DNA of 64,000 nt. Origin: Octopus vulgaris. Its lineage: Eukaryota. The stretch is taken from NCBI GenBank assembly GCA_951406725.2, contig OX597826.1, positions 19,654,001-19,718,000 on the forward strand, written 5' to 3'. Both the position numbers and the translations under genes were made by a program. Below, one piece after another: positions 28,378 to 43,585 of this stretch. The notes below the pieces were generated by a model. The model saw only the letters and a program-made list of their open reading frames with translations. It did not search any database and had not been told where the DNA came from. The first letter of the stretch is position 1. Every line of letters begins with the position of its first letter.

Positions 28378-29195
28378 TGGAAATACATGGAAATGACTAG
28401 AGACCGAGACCTATGGAAGTATGCTGTGCGTGAGAAGACCCGGCAAGACTAGTGAAGCCATAATCCGTGGCCCCTACCTGGGACGTAGTCAGTCCACCTG
28501 TGCATACCTTCCTTCTTGTGACACTTGTGAAGACCTGTTGAGGCAAGTGAGAATCGAATCGTATCAAACCAAATCGAACCAAATCAAAATAGATGAACAT
28601 CAATGGAATTTGTATCCTTGTGGTACCAGTGCCGGTGGCACATAAGAAAACCATCCGAACGTGACCGTAGCCAGTACCGCAATGACTGGCCTCCGTGCTG
28701 AGGGCACGTAACAAACACCATCCGAGCGTGGCCGTCCGCCAGCCTCGTCTAGCACCTGTGTCGGTGACACATAAGATAACACCATCCGAGCGTGGCCGTC
28801 TGCCAGCCTCGTCTGGCACCTGTGTCGGTGGCACATAAAAAACACCATCCGAGCGTGGCCGTCTGCCAGCCTCGTCTGGCACCTGTGTCGGTGGCACATA
28901 AAAAACACCATCCGAGCGTGGCCGTCTGCCAGCCTCGTCTGGCACCTGTGTCGGTGGCACATAAAAAACACCATCCGAGCGTGGCCGTCTGCCAGCCTCG
29001 TCTGGCACCTGTGTCGGTGGCACATAAAATCACCCACTACACTCTCGGAGTGGTTGGCGTTAGGAAGGGCATCCAGCTGTAGAAACACTGCCACATCTGA
29101 CTGGCCTGGTGCAGCCTTCGGGCTTCCCAGACCCCAGTTGAACCGTCCAACCCATGCTAGCATGGAAAGCGGACGTTAAACGATGATGATGATGA

Positions 29196-29199
<4 letters not shown>
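28378..29199 (+). mobile_element. 3' end of an RTE-clade LINE with 3' UTR VNTR and (GAT)n tail
   Basis: ORF end [19 protein letters not shown], 3' UTR and ttaaac(gat)n tail. Homologous ends at 30970, 36141, 40582 and 50268. Confidence 0.75.
28716..29029 (+). repeat. GC-rich 63-bp tandem repeat, 5 units
   Basis: Unit caccatccgagcgtggccgtctgccagcctcgtctggcacctgtgtcggtggcacataaaaaa starts at 28716, 28780, 28843, 28906 and 28969. Confidence 0.92.
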
Positions 29200-29229
<30 letters not shown>

Positions 29230-29241
29230 ATATATATATAA

Positions 29242-29292
<51 letters not shown>

Positions 29293-29295
<3 letters not shown>

Positions 29296-30366
29296 ACCAC
29301 TACTGTTCATAATGGCCCTCTCAGACATACCGTCAGCCACGCAGAGAGCCACGATCACAAGTTATGCAGATGATACAAAAGTTTCACAGGCAATACAGAA
29401 CCCTGAGGACACTAAACGCCTGCAATGTGAGCTGGACAAAATATACAAGTGGGCTAAAAAGAATAGCATGCAGTTCAATGCTGAAAAGTTTCAAGCTTTA
29501 TACTATCAGCATGCAAAACTAAATGCAATACCCAATGAATACACTGGACCCGGAGGAATTGCAATCCCAGAGGCACAATCAGTGCGTGACCTGGGTATTT
29601 ACATGAGTGATGATGCAACCTTTCATGTACATGTTGCTAAATTGGCAATGAAATGTAGACGACTGGCTGGGTGGATTTCCAGAACCTTTAGAACAAGAGA
29701 AAAAGAAACCATGATGGTCCTCTGGAGGACACTTGTCCTAAGCCACTTTGACTATTGCTCTCAGCTATGGTCACCATCCAGTGTCAAGCTGATCACAGAA
29801 CTTGTGGCTATCCAACGTAGCTACACGAAGAAGATAGCCTCTATGCAGAATATAAGCTACTGGGAAAGACTCAAGAGATTAAAACTCTATTCCTTGGAGC
29901 GTAGGCGGGAAAGATATGCCATAATATACATCTGGAAGATCCTGGAGGGACTTATCCCAAACTTTGGCATCGAGAGTTACACAAATGCCAGAACTGGGCG
30001 CCACTGCGTGGTGCCTAGGATTCCAAATTTGCCATCAAGATGTAGGACAAGATACTGTGATAGCCTGGGCTTCCGAGGCCCACAGCTCTTCAATATCCTC
30101 CTGAAGAATCTAAGAGACCTGCATGGGGTGGATGCAGATGTCTTTAAAATGAAACTGGATCTCTTCTTGTCAGGTATCCCAGATGAACCAACTTCACGGC
30201 AGGAGGTGCAGATGAGGGCAGCTGCATCGAACTCTCTCATGCACCAAATGGCAGTTGCCAAAAAGCATGCGTGAAGTAAAACCATGTAGCAACACCAAAT
30301 GGCGGTGCCCCAGCATGGCCACAGCTCATGAGCTGAAACTAGAATCAATCAATCAATCAATCAATC
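29293..30366 (+). mobile_element. 5'-truncated CR1-group LINE with (AATC)n tail
   Basis: ORF 29312-30274 with YADDTK, WAKKNSMQFNAEKF, VRDLGI, YCSQLWSP, LYSLERRR. Both sides flanked by TA arrays. Confidence 0.88.
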
Positions 30367-30372
30367 ATAAAC

Positions 30373-30454
<82 letters not shown>

Positions 30455-30496
30455 CACAGACATACATTATGCATTGTTATAAATCTGTCTAATAAA

Positions 30497-30517
30497 GGCC
30501 CGAAACATATGTACCGC
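30497..30517 (+). ncRNA. 3' half of a hammerhead (relic)
   Basis: ggccc GAAA catatg TA ccgc. No CUGANGA upstream; the 5' part is replaced by (TA)n. Confidence 0.35.
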
Positions 30518-30633
30518 TGAATCCTTCGCATCATGTTTTTATTTTATTTTGATCAATTTACTCCACCACCTACACCACCAAACGGTATACACAGGTGCTT
30601 ATAATTATTAAGTACTCACCCCGAATTTCTATA

Positions 30634-31360
<727 letters not shown>

Positions 31361-31404
31361 ATATATAAATATATATGGTGTTATATATATAATATATATA
31401 TAGT

Positions 31405-31566
<162 letters not shown>

Positions 31567-31695
31567 TATATTAGGTTAGACATGGCCTGGGCCAATAATG
31601 GCCCTTCTTTCCTGAGCATCAAATAATACTTTAATTGTTCCACGTCCTCGCGTTGCTGTGTTTTCTGTGTTTCTTCTGTGTTTAATAGCTTGGAT

Positions 31696-31873
<178 letters not shown>

Positions 31874-32080
31874 GATATGTATATATATATATATATATAG
31901 ATATATATATATAAATATATAGATATGTATATATATATAAATATATAGATATGTATATATATATAAATATATAGATATATATATATATAATTATAAATGT
32001 ATAGGGTGAAAAATCGATATATAATATTAATAATATCAATTTAACACCAAGTGGCTTAGCACATAAAAACTACGGAGAAA

Positions 32081-32375
<295 letters not shown>

Positions 32376-33050
32376 TATTAATTTATATATAGAGGGCATT
32401 ATTATACATACATGCCACACGCTACGAGGGACAATTAGTCATTTCTACCAAAAAATTTTACTTATCATACCCAATGCAATTTTTTCAAAGCAAGACATTT
32501 AAAAATTGAATTTAATCTTGTATCAACTGTGATTTCGTACTTACCGCCATTAGCGACCGTACTCGTCAGCAAGATTGATTCTGAACATATCATAAATAAA
32601 CGACCAGTCTCGTCAAAACCGAACTGCTAACTGCTCGATCCCAACGAAGCACATGGAGAAGTTTACATATAATACATCCGGTAAATGGCAGGCTTCTTCG
32701 AATTGCATTTCGGGTAGGAAAAGTTTTTTCGGAATAAAATTATTTAACAATTAAGGACAACTTCTTAATAAGGAATCTTAACAAGAAATTATCAGGTAGA
32801 TAGCGTGAAAAACCTCATAAGAGAAAAAATTTCGAAAATAATTCTTTCTTATTGAACATATTAATTTATATATAGAGGGCATTATTATACATACATGCCA
32901 CACGCTACGAGTACGGTCGCTAATGGCGGTAAGTACGAAATCACAGGTGATACAAGATTAAATTCATTTTTTAAATGTCTTGCTTTGAAAAAATTGCATT
33001 GGGTATGATAAGTAAAATTTTTTGGTAGAAATGACTAATTGTCCCTCGTA
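32376..33050. mobile_element. Rearranged non-coding PLE terminus with direct and inverted duplications
   Basis: About 50-bp direct repeat (32376 and 32860) and about 140-bp inverted repeat (32425-32566 / 32907-33049) containing an HHR. Confidence 0.65.
32514..32576 (-). ncRNA. Type-I hammerhead ribozyme
   Basis: Reverse strand: aatcttg CTGACGA gtac-ggtcgctaatggcggtaa-gtac GAAA tca-cagt-tga TA caagatt. 7-bp stem I and complete core. Confidence 0.88.
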
Positions 33051-33192
33051 TGTATGTATGTATAATAATGGCCCCCCCCCCCCGGGCAATTTTTCAGTAA
33101 AAAAAATTTTCGAATTCCTACGATTTACACATGGGAGATTCTGAATATGCAATCAACCCCGTATGACCTAGAATTAAAAAAAACGTCGCCCT

Positions 33193-33438
33193 GGTACTAT
33201 TCAAGAAGAGTGGTCCCGTTGCGCGCGCATCCGCACTGGCTAGTCGTGACTAGTCGATCCTACGACTATCTAGCAAAGTAAATAAATTTTTTAAACAAAA
33301 TATATAAAACACAAAAACACAAAGTAAATAATGTTTTAAACAAAGTAAATAAAACACAAAGTAAGGATCGACTAGTCACGACTAGCTGGCGTGGATGCTC
33401 GGGTGCGCGCACCGGGACCACTCTTCTTAAATAGTACC
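33193..33438. mobile_element. MITE-like element with long imperfect terminal inverted repeats
   Basis: ggtactattcaagaagagtggtcccg...ctagtcgtgactagtcgatcct at left; aggatcgactagtcacgactag...cgggaccactcttcttaaatagtacc at right. Confidence 0.75.
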
Positions 33439-33440
33439 CA

Positions 33441-35022
33441 TGATTTTTAAATTGTTTGCAATACTCATCAAATTTGTTGAAATTCGAAAGTTCCATGAAT
33501 TTAAACTCTTTTAAGGATGAATATCGTGCTTTTATTTGGTCAACTATTGTACTGATAATTTTGTTATAAAGCATTTTATAATGTCGTTGGGGCTCAATAG
33601 ATATATTCTTGGATCTCTGAATTCCGATTCCTGCATCGACTCCATATTTTCCCCCGGGTTCAGTTCCACTGCGTGGCACCTTGGGCAAGGGTCTTCTACT
33701 ATAGTCTCGGGCCGACCAAAGCCTTGTGAGTGGATTTGGTAGACGAAAACTGAAAGAAGCCCGTGGTATATATGTATATATATGCATGTGTGTGTTTGTG
33801 TGTCTGTGTTTGTCCCCCTAGCATTGCTTGGCAACCGATGCTGGTGTGTTTATGTCCCCGTTACTTAGCGGTTCGGCAAAATAGACCGATAGAATAAGTC
33901 CCGGGGTCGAGTTGCTCGATTAAAGGCGGTGCTCGAGCATGGCCGCAGTCAAATGCCTGAAACAAGTAAAAGAGATTGAAAAATTATCAAGTTTGTTTTC
34001 GAGTACAGTTCTAGTTTTATCTATTTGATCTTTACAATACACTATGTCATGACTTTTACTCTGGAGGATGTTAAATAAGAAAAAAGAAAAAATCTCACTG
34101 AATACTTCTAACAAAAATAAGAAATCAGGAGCTTTTAAAGTGTGTAAGAATCAAATTGCTGAATTTATGGTGGTATCATCCCATGCTTCAGGATTTTCAA
34201 TGATGTGCTCAAAAAGGCTGATTATGAAATGATAATTTTCCTTTGTGGTAATAATAAGCCGTGAGGCTGTTGCCTTCGGAAATCTTTTTTTAACAATGTT
34301 ATCTAATGCATTAGCCCTTTTCGGTGTTGGTCTCCCACCGATATAATTAATTATTTTCCATCGAATTCTCCTTTCGAAAAACTATTTCTCAAAATAACGT
34401 TTATAACACACATTTCACTCATTTCGTAAAAGGCTGTGTTCTTATATACGAACACATGTGGAAGCGCCGGCGTAAATTGTAAGTCAATTTCAACAAAACA
34501 AAAAGATACAGAAAGTGGGTATCATGCGGTCAGCTCATAGCATGACATGCCACTGAGAGAAAGTGGAAGGGGGTACAAAATATTATGAACGACCTTTCCT
34601 CCTAGCATCTGTTTTATCAATTTACTAAGAGAGAGAGAGGAAGGAGAGACAAACTAAGAGACAGAGAGGGAGGTCATGCGAGTCTTCCCACAGCATAGAC
34701 ACTAAGAGAAAGAGGAAGGGGGTAAAAATATTTCAAATGTCCTATCCTCTTAGCATGTCTTTTAAACAAGTTGCTAAGAGTGAGAGAGAGAGGAAGGAAG
34801 GACAAACTGAGACAGAGAGGGAGTGTCTAACATGCTGGTCTTGTCAATGCATGACTTCTAAAAGCAGAAGTAGAGTCACTGAGAGAGAAGGGGAGAAAAA
34901 TACAACTGGACGGATTTTCTTTGAAACAAAGTAACTATTTTATCTAATTTTCCGATCATATGGATAAAAAAATCACAGGGCATGCAACGCATACCTTGCA
35001 TACCTGAGAGTGCACGCCCCTG
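33441..35022 (-). mobile_element. hAT DNA transposon relic (ZMYM1/Tip100-like transposase fragments)
   Basis: Fragments FLLEVFSEIF...LFNILQSKSHDIVYCKDQI and YNKIISTIVDQIKARYSSL...FMEL. hAT-type end caggggcgtgca at 35022. Interrupted by a SINE. Confidence 0.65.
33653..33974 (+). mobile_element. SINE family A, 5'-truncated, inserted into the hAT relic
   Basis: gggttcagttccactgcgtggcaccttgggcaag...aacaagtaaaagag. Confidence 0.78.
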
Positions 35023-36497
<1,475 letters not shown>

Positions 36498-36920
36498 TAT
36501 ACACATATATATACATATATATGTACATATACATATATATAAATATACGTACATACATATACATATATATACATATACATACATATACATATATATACAT
36601 ATACATACATATACATATATACATACATATCTATATACATACATACATATATACATACATACATATATATATATATACATATACATATACATACATATAC
36701 ATATATACATACATATACATACATACATATATATATACATACATATATATATACATACATACATATATACATACATACATATATATATATACATACATAT
36801 ATATATACATACATACATATATATATACATACATGTATATATATACATATATATATACATACATATATATATACATACATACATATATATATACATACAT
36901 ATATATAGTCACTCTCTCTC

Positions 36921-37318
36921 TCTCTTTTACTTGTTTCAGTCATTTGACTGTGGCCATGCTGGAGCACCGGCATTAGTCGAGCAAATCGACCCCAGGAGTT
37001 ATTCTTTGTAAGCCTAGTACTTATTCTATCGGTCTCTTTCGCCGAACCTTTATGTGACAGGGACTTAAACACGCCAGCACCGGTTGTCAGGCAATGCTAG
37101 GGAGACAAAGACAGACACACAAACACACATATATATATATATATACACATATATACGACAGGCTTCTTTCAGTTTCCGTCTACCAAATCCAATCACAAGG
37201 CATTGGTCGGCCCGAGGCTATAGTAGAAGACACTTGCCCAAGGTGCCACGCAGTGGGACTGAACCCGAAACCATGTAGTTGGTTAGCAAGCTACTTACCA
37301 CACAGCCACTCCTGCGCC
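36921..37318 (-). mobile_element. SINE family A
   Basis: Homologous to 17623-18013. Confidence 0.8.
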
Positions 37319-37709
37319 ATATATATACATATATATATGTATGTATACATATACATATATATATATATACATATATATACATATACATACATATACATGT
37401 ATATACATACATATACATATATATACATACATATACATATATATACATATACATATATATATACATATACATATATATATACATATATATTTACATATAC
37501 ATATATATATATATATACATATATACACATATATATTCTCTGGAGTTTTAGGGAATCGTAGTGGAGAAGATAATGATATTGCTGTGGGCTCGCCCTAGGC
37601 AAAAAGTAAGGCATGTGTAAAATTTGAATGAAATTGATTGAATAGTTCTCAAGTTTTAGGGAAACACACAGACAGACAGACACACATTCTCAGTTTTATA
37701 TATATAAAG

Positions 37710-37750
<41 letters not shown>

Positions 37751-37751
<1 letters not shown>

Positions 37752-39389
37752 CTTATTATAAAAGGCAGATTTTATCTGCCTCCCTTTGTCTCTTATAGAA
37801 ATCTACAATATAGGATTTCTTCAATTACAATTTACCTAGCATTTTTAAGAGTAGAATGCATCGGGTTTTGCCAGGTCCGGTTTTTAAAATTTCAACCCCA
37901 ATTAAGCAAAATTTAGAGAAAACTCACATTGTGGTGTATATGTCAAATGCTTTTCTTAGTTTGGGTTACAGCACACGCAAACGCACACACACAGTGTGCA
38001 ACGAATAAAGTGAAAGTAATTCACTGTGTGTTGACAGGTAGACAATAGAATGCGATGGCGATGGCGATGTAATATTTGTTTCTGTCTATGACGCTGATAG
38101 ATACATGAGTAAAATGTATGGGAAGCTAAGAGATAAGAGTGAGTGAAAATGTTCTTGGAAGAGAGTAAATGGCGAGAGAGTGATTTGAGGAAGATTTTAC
38201 ATTAAATAACCGTAGTGGTCTGTCAAATGAAGAGGAGTGACAGGGTACTGGAGGAAATAGGGTGAGTGAGGAAGATGGCCCCTAGCAACCACACCTTTTA
38301 AGATAGGGATTTCTAAGGTAGCCCACGAGCATCGTCACCTCATTCTACATGTCCCTGTAAATTTTGGAGCGAATCGACGGGATAAAGTTATCTCTAAGAA
38401 ACAGAAAGATCGTCCAAAAGTGTATATAGATATTTAAATGTATTTATATATTCATCTATACACACATGTATGTATAATGTGCGTGTATATATTTCCATAG
38501 AGGTAACCATTCAATCCATACAAAGTTTTTTTAGGACGAAAATATTTATATATAAAAGAAAGGTTGTGTGTCTGTCTACTCCGATTTAGATTCCTAACTA
38601 CTCCCACATTTTGCGATGCAGTTTAACCAAAACCGGGTATCTTATAGTCGTGATTCATATCGAGCCCTTCTGGGTATTAGCGCGCGTCTATGATGAGTCT
38701 ATGATTTTACAAATAATTTATCATCATTCTTTTCCACTTTAATGCATATTTTTTTTAATAAACGGAAGTAACTCTCAAACTTCACACCAATATGCGTGCT
38801 CATATGCGACGTAATATCACATCAGCAGCATTTCCTCACACCCTCCTTGCACTTGGCGAAGGCAAAATACCAAGGGATGAAAATGGTAATATTGCCATTG
38901 ATTCCATTTGTAACATTGTTAAGACGCCTTCTGATCTCAGAGATGCAGTGTTCCCAGATCTACAAGCTAATTATCAGAATATGGATTGGATTGGCAAAAA
39001 GGCTATACTGGCCCCGAGGAATAAAACTGTTCACCATATTAATGATGAAATGCTAAAACTCATTCCTGGGGAAGTCTATGTATATCAGTCTATCGATACA
39101 ACTCCTGACCCAGAGGACGTCATCAACTATCCAATAGAGGTACTCAATTCCTTTGAGCACCCCGGACTACCACCACACTTTCTCAAACTTAAAGTTGGTG
39201 CCCCTATAATGCTCATCAGAAATTTGGTTCCCCCAAAACAATGCAATGGCGCACGTTTGATCGTTAAGTCCTTATCTCCCACCGTAAACTTATATCAATA
39301 TTTGCCTGAATAATCATCATAATTCAGTGCAATCATTAACAGTACTTTCAAGCAATTCAGCCCCGAGCAACGCCGGGCAATTCTGCTAG
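37751..39389 (+). mobile_element. Non-autonomous Helitron with a Pif1-like helicase fragment
   Basis: A|TC start at 37751, 3' hairpin cccgagcaacgccggg and CTAG|T end at 39389. ORF 38792-39313 has AILAPRN, YQSIDT, GLPPHFLKLKVGAPIMLIRNL and CNGARL. Confidence 0.85.
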
Positions 39390-39480
39390 TATATATATAT
39401 ATATATATACTTATATATACATACACATATATACATATATATACATACACATATATACGATGATGATGATGATGATGATG

Positions 39481-39517
<37 letters not shown>

Positions 39518-39519
<2 letters not shown>

Positions 39520-40105
39520 AGTAATTAAGGGTTTAGCAACGATTTGCCTCACCACACACCGAATTTAGAAATAGCAGTCAAAGAGTTATGGCTATTCTTT
39601 CTACTTAAAAGGGAGATCCCAGTAAAACCACAGCACTTAAAAGGCAAACAACGCAGGCAAAAGAGAAAGAAATGACGACAATCATTCTATATTAAGTCAC
39701 CTACGGACGTACGTTTCGAAATTAAGTCATAGGAAAGCATAAAAATTAAATAATTATGTCTAACCCAACTATTTTTCTCTTCAGCGTAGGACTCTTCAAT
39801 TATAAATAATTGCGTCTCAATCAATAATAATTGTGTATTAAATTTGGAGGCACTAGAAGACATCACCTCAACTCATGTGAGCGTGGTTTTACTGGGATCT
39901 CCCTTTTAAGTAGAAAGAATAGCCATAACTCTTTGACTGCTATTTCTAAATTCGGTGTGTGGTGAGGCAAATCATTGCTAAACCCTTAATTACTTAGTAT
40001 TACTTAAACCTTCCTTGAATGGGGCTTTTACATGCCGAAATCTACTTGGTGAAATTAATGATTATTCCAAATTAATTAATTTCACCCTATATTATTATTG
40101 ATAAT
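39518..40105. mobile_element. Non-coding PLE terminus with about 114-bp inverted repeats around a hammerhead
   Basis: 39518-39631 is the reverse complement of 39883-39997; TA arrays on both sides. Confidence 0.65.
39700..39790 (-). ncRNA. Type-I hammerhead ribozyme with 60-nt stem II
   Basis: Reverse strand: cctacg CTGAAGA gaaa...tttc GAAA cgtacg TC cgtagg. 6-bp stem I, palindromic stem III, GUC triplet. Confidence 0.87.
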
Positions 40106-40137
<32 letters not shown>

Positions 40138-40191
40138 TGCATATATAAATATATGCATATATATATACATATAAATATATACACATATACA

Positions 40192-40440
40192 TCTATCTAT
40201 ATATATAAAATTGAGAATGCGTGTCTGTCTGCTTGTCTGTGTGAATCCCTAAAAATTGAGAACTACACAACCAATTCCATTCAAATTTTACACATGCCTT
40301 ACTTAGGGTCAATGTAGTGTCATGGGCAGAAAAAAATGTTTAACTTCTTGCCTAGGGCGAGCACACAGCAATATGACATCTTCTCTACTATTTCAGTATT
40401 GCGTGTCAAAAGTGAAACAAAAGCATCTCTCTATTGTATG
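40192..40440 (+). mobile_element. Helitron-like 5' end fragment; a related copy lies on the minus strand at about 37540-37707
   Basis: tctatctatatatataaaattgagaatgcgtgtctgtctg... matches the reverse complement of 37560-37707. Confidence 0.5.
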
Positions 40441-40505
40441 TATATGGATGTATTAATATATTATATGACGGAACGCACGCATCCCTTTCTAAGTAAGATT
40501 CTTCT

Positions 40506-40543
<38 letters not shown>

Positions 40544-40581
40544 ACATGTAGGTATTTGGATGTATATATATATATATATAT

Positions 40582-40968
40582 ATCATCATCATCATCATCA
40601 TCGTTTAACGTCCGTTCTCCATGCTAGCATGGGTTGGACGGTTCGACCGGGGATCTGGGAAGCCAGAAGGCTGCACCAGGCTCCGGTCTTATCTGGCAAC
40701 GTTTCTACAGCTGGATGCCCTTCCTAACGCCAACCACTCCGTGAGTGTAGTGGGTGCTTTTTACGTGCCACCTGCACTGGTGCCAGGTGAAGCTGGCATC
40801 GGCCACGATCGGATTGGTGCATTTTATGGAAGCCAGTCGAGGCGGCACTGGCTTCGACTACGATTCGGATGGTGCTTTTTATGTGCCACCGATACGGAAG
40901 CCAGTCGAGGCGGCGCTGGCATCGGCCACAATTCGGATGGTGCATTTTATGGAAGCCAGTCGAGGCGA
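40582..40968 (-). mobile_element. RTE-family 3' UTR fragment with (CAT)n tail and different internal repeats
   Basis: Terminal approx. 190 bp homologous to the other RTE 3' ends. Confidence 0.72.
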
Positions 40969-41574
40969 TATATATTCATGTATATGTATACATGTATAGA
41001 TGTATTTCTATAAATATATGTGTATATGTATACATGTTCGTCTAGATGTATGTATATATATATATAGATGTACATGTAATATGTACACATATAATTACAC
41101 ATATAGACATGCACACATATATACACCCATACACACATACACCCCTCCCCCCATACACACACATACATAGGTGCAGGTGTGGCTGTGTGATAACAAACTT
41201 GGTTCAAAAACACATGGTCCTCAGAAACTGAAAGAAATCAACTGTATGTATATGTATGTATATATGTAAGTCTATGTGTGTGCCATTGTGTTTCTCCCTC
41301 GTCACTGCTTCACAACTGGTGTTCGTTTATTTACATCCCCATAACTTACTGGTTTCACAAGAAGAAACTGATAGAATAAGTACCAGGCTTATCAAAATGT
41401 AAAAAAGCACTACGCAGTGTCTCATATTTTTGTTTGCCCACTCAGTTGTATCTATCAATTTATCTTTGTGTGTGTGTGTGTGAGTGTGTATACATATATA
41501 TATATATGGATTTCGTAGACAGGAACTGAAACAAATCAATCGTATATATATGTATGTATATACGTAAGTGTATG

Positions 41575-43585
41575 TGTTTTGGTATTGGCAACATGAATGA
41601 CAATGGTCAGAGACTACTTGAATTTTGCACATACCATAACCTGTGCATCACAAACATATTCTTTGCCAACAAAACATCCTACAAGGTATCTTGGAGACAT
41701 CCAAGATCTCACCACTGGCAGCAGCTGGGTCTCATCATTACATGAAGATCCTTTCTGAATTCTGTTCAACTGACCTGTAGTTACCACAGCGCTTATTGTG
41801 ACACAGATCATTCACTAATAAGAAGCAGGGTGAGGATTCTGCCTATAAAAGTCCATCACTCCAAGAAAATGGGCCAACCATGCATTAACTGCGAAAATGT
41901 TTTGCTGTTTCTATCAAGGTTGCTCTCAGTAGCTGCCCAACCTCCTCTGCTGAAAGTAGGTGGAATTATATCATGGAATTATATCATAGATACTTTCGGC
42001 ATAATAGAAAGGCAAAACCCAGATTGGTTCAGCGCTGGGCTCTCAGAGCTGGAAACAGTTATCGAAGCAAAGCATGCAGCTCTGATGCAATACAAGAGTG
42101 ATTCTTCTACAAAGTCACTCGAAGAACTCAGAAAGGCAAGAAATAAAACCCAACTGACTGCCAGACGCTGTGCAAATAGGTATTGGCAGGAAATCTGTCA
42201 GAGTATCCAGTCAGCTGCTGAAAGGGGCGAAACCCGTGGGATGTATGCCGGTTTGAAGAAGGCCCTCGGTCCATCTGCAACCAAGTCAGCCCCTCTGAAA
42301 TCAACTACTGGAGATCTCATCAAGGACCAAAGCAAGCAAATGGATAGATGGGTGGAGTACTACCAGGATCTCTGCTCACAGGAGATGACGGTAGCTGAGG
42401 CTGCAATCGAGGGTGTCAAGATCTTGCCAGTCATGTGTGAACTTGACAGTCTGCCATCTATAGCAGAGCTTACCAAGGCTATTGACTCCCTAGCAAGTAA
42501 CAAAGCTCCGGGAAAAGACAGCATCCCCTCAGAGATCATCAAAACCGGAAAAACACCATCCTGCTTCGGCACCTTCATCAGCTTCTGTGTCAGTGCTGGG
42601 AAGAGGGTACAGTCCCTCAGGATATGCGAGATGCTAACATCATTACGCTTTACAAAAACAAGGTGACCGTGGTGATTGTAACAATTACCATGAAATATCT
42701 CTTCTAAGCAATGTTGGAAAGACCTTTGCTCGCATTAGCCTGTCCAGGTTACAACTGCTTGCTTCTTGAATTTATCCAGAATTGCAGTGTGGCTTTAGAA
42801 GAAGCAGATCAACTATTGACATGATATTCTCCATACGCCAACTTCAGGAGAAGTCCAGAGAGCAGAAAATGCCATTTTATAAGGCCTTCATTGATCGGAC
42901 AAAGGCCTTTGACTTGGTAAGTAGAAAAGGCCTCTTCATCCTGCTCCAAAGAATTGGATGTCCACCAAAGCTGCTGAGATCATCAAATCTTTCCATGATG
43001 ACATGCAAGGCACCATACAGCACAATGGTTCAACATCAGCTGCCTTCCAAATAAAAAACGGGGTAAAGCAAGGTTGTGTCCTTGCTCCTACATTATTTGG
43101 CATCTTCTTCTCACTGCTACTGTCACATGCCTCTGAGACACCAGATGATGGAGTGTTTCTGCACAGTAGAAGTGACGGGAAACTGTTCAATCTCTCGCAT
43201 CTGTGTGCCAAGACCAAAATCAGAAGTGTCCTGATCAAGGAGATGCTATTTGCTGATGATGCCGCTCTGGTATCACACACAGAAGAAGCCCTACAAGGGA
43301 TCATCAACTGTTTTGAGCACGTATGTAGCAACATTGGCTTAGTTATCAGGCTCAAGAAGGCCAACAACATGGGTCAGGCTACATTGGACATCCCAAACAT
43401 ACATATTGGAGACCACAGACTACATGAGGTGGAGAAGTTTACCTATCTGGGCTCTACCGTCACCTACAACCTATCTGGGCTCTACCGTCACCTACAACCT
43501 ATCTGGGCTCTACCGTCACCTACAACCTATCTGGGCTCTACCGTCACCTACAACCTATCCCTTGACGCTGAGCTCAATATACGCT
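41575..43585 (+). mobile_element. Degenerate RTE-clade (BovB-like) LINE
   Basis: GIGNMNDNGQRLLEFC, SWRHPRSHHWQQL, KAPGKDSIPSE, QCGFRRSRSTIDMIF, KAFDLVSR, GVKQGCVLAPTLF, LFADD, FTYLGS; frameshifted. Confidence 0.9.
43441..43559 (+). repeat. 28-bp tandem repeat, about 4.25 units, inside the RTE
   Basis: acctatctgggctctaccgtcacctaca at 43441, 43469, 43497 and 43525. Confidence 0.93.

Noticed and set aside
28716-29029. Regularly spaced repeats as a CRISPR array, or as HDV-like ribozymes (ccag-cctcgt-ctgg resembles P3/L3)
   Set aside because: No unique spacers or cas genes in a eukaryotic LINE UTR; the P1 and P2 partner strands needed for an HDV fold are absent.
28397-29163. 208-aa and 187-aa repeat ORFs
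   Set aside because: Arise from the 63-bp (multiple of 3) GC-rich VNTR; the copy at 31 kb has frame-breaking unit lengths.
38792-39313. Host PIF1 helicase gene
   Set aside because: Intronless internal fragment bounded by Helitron termini.
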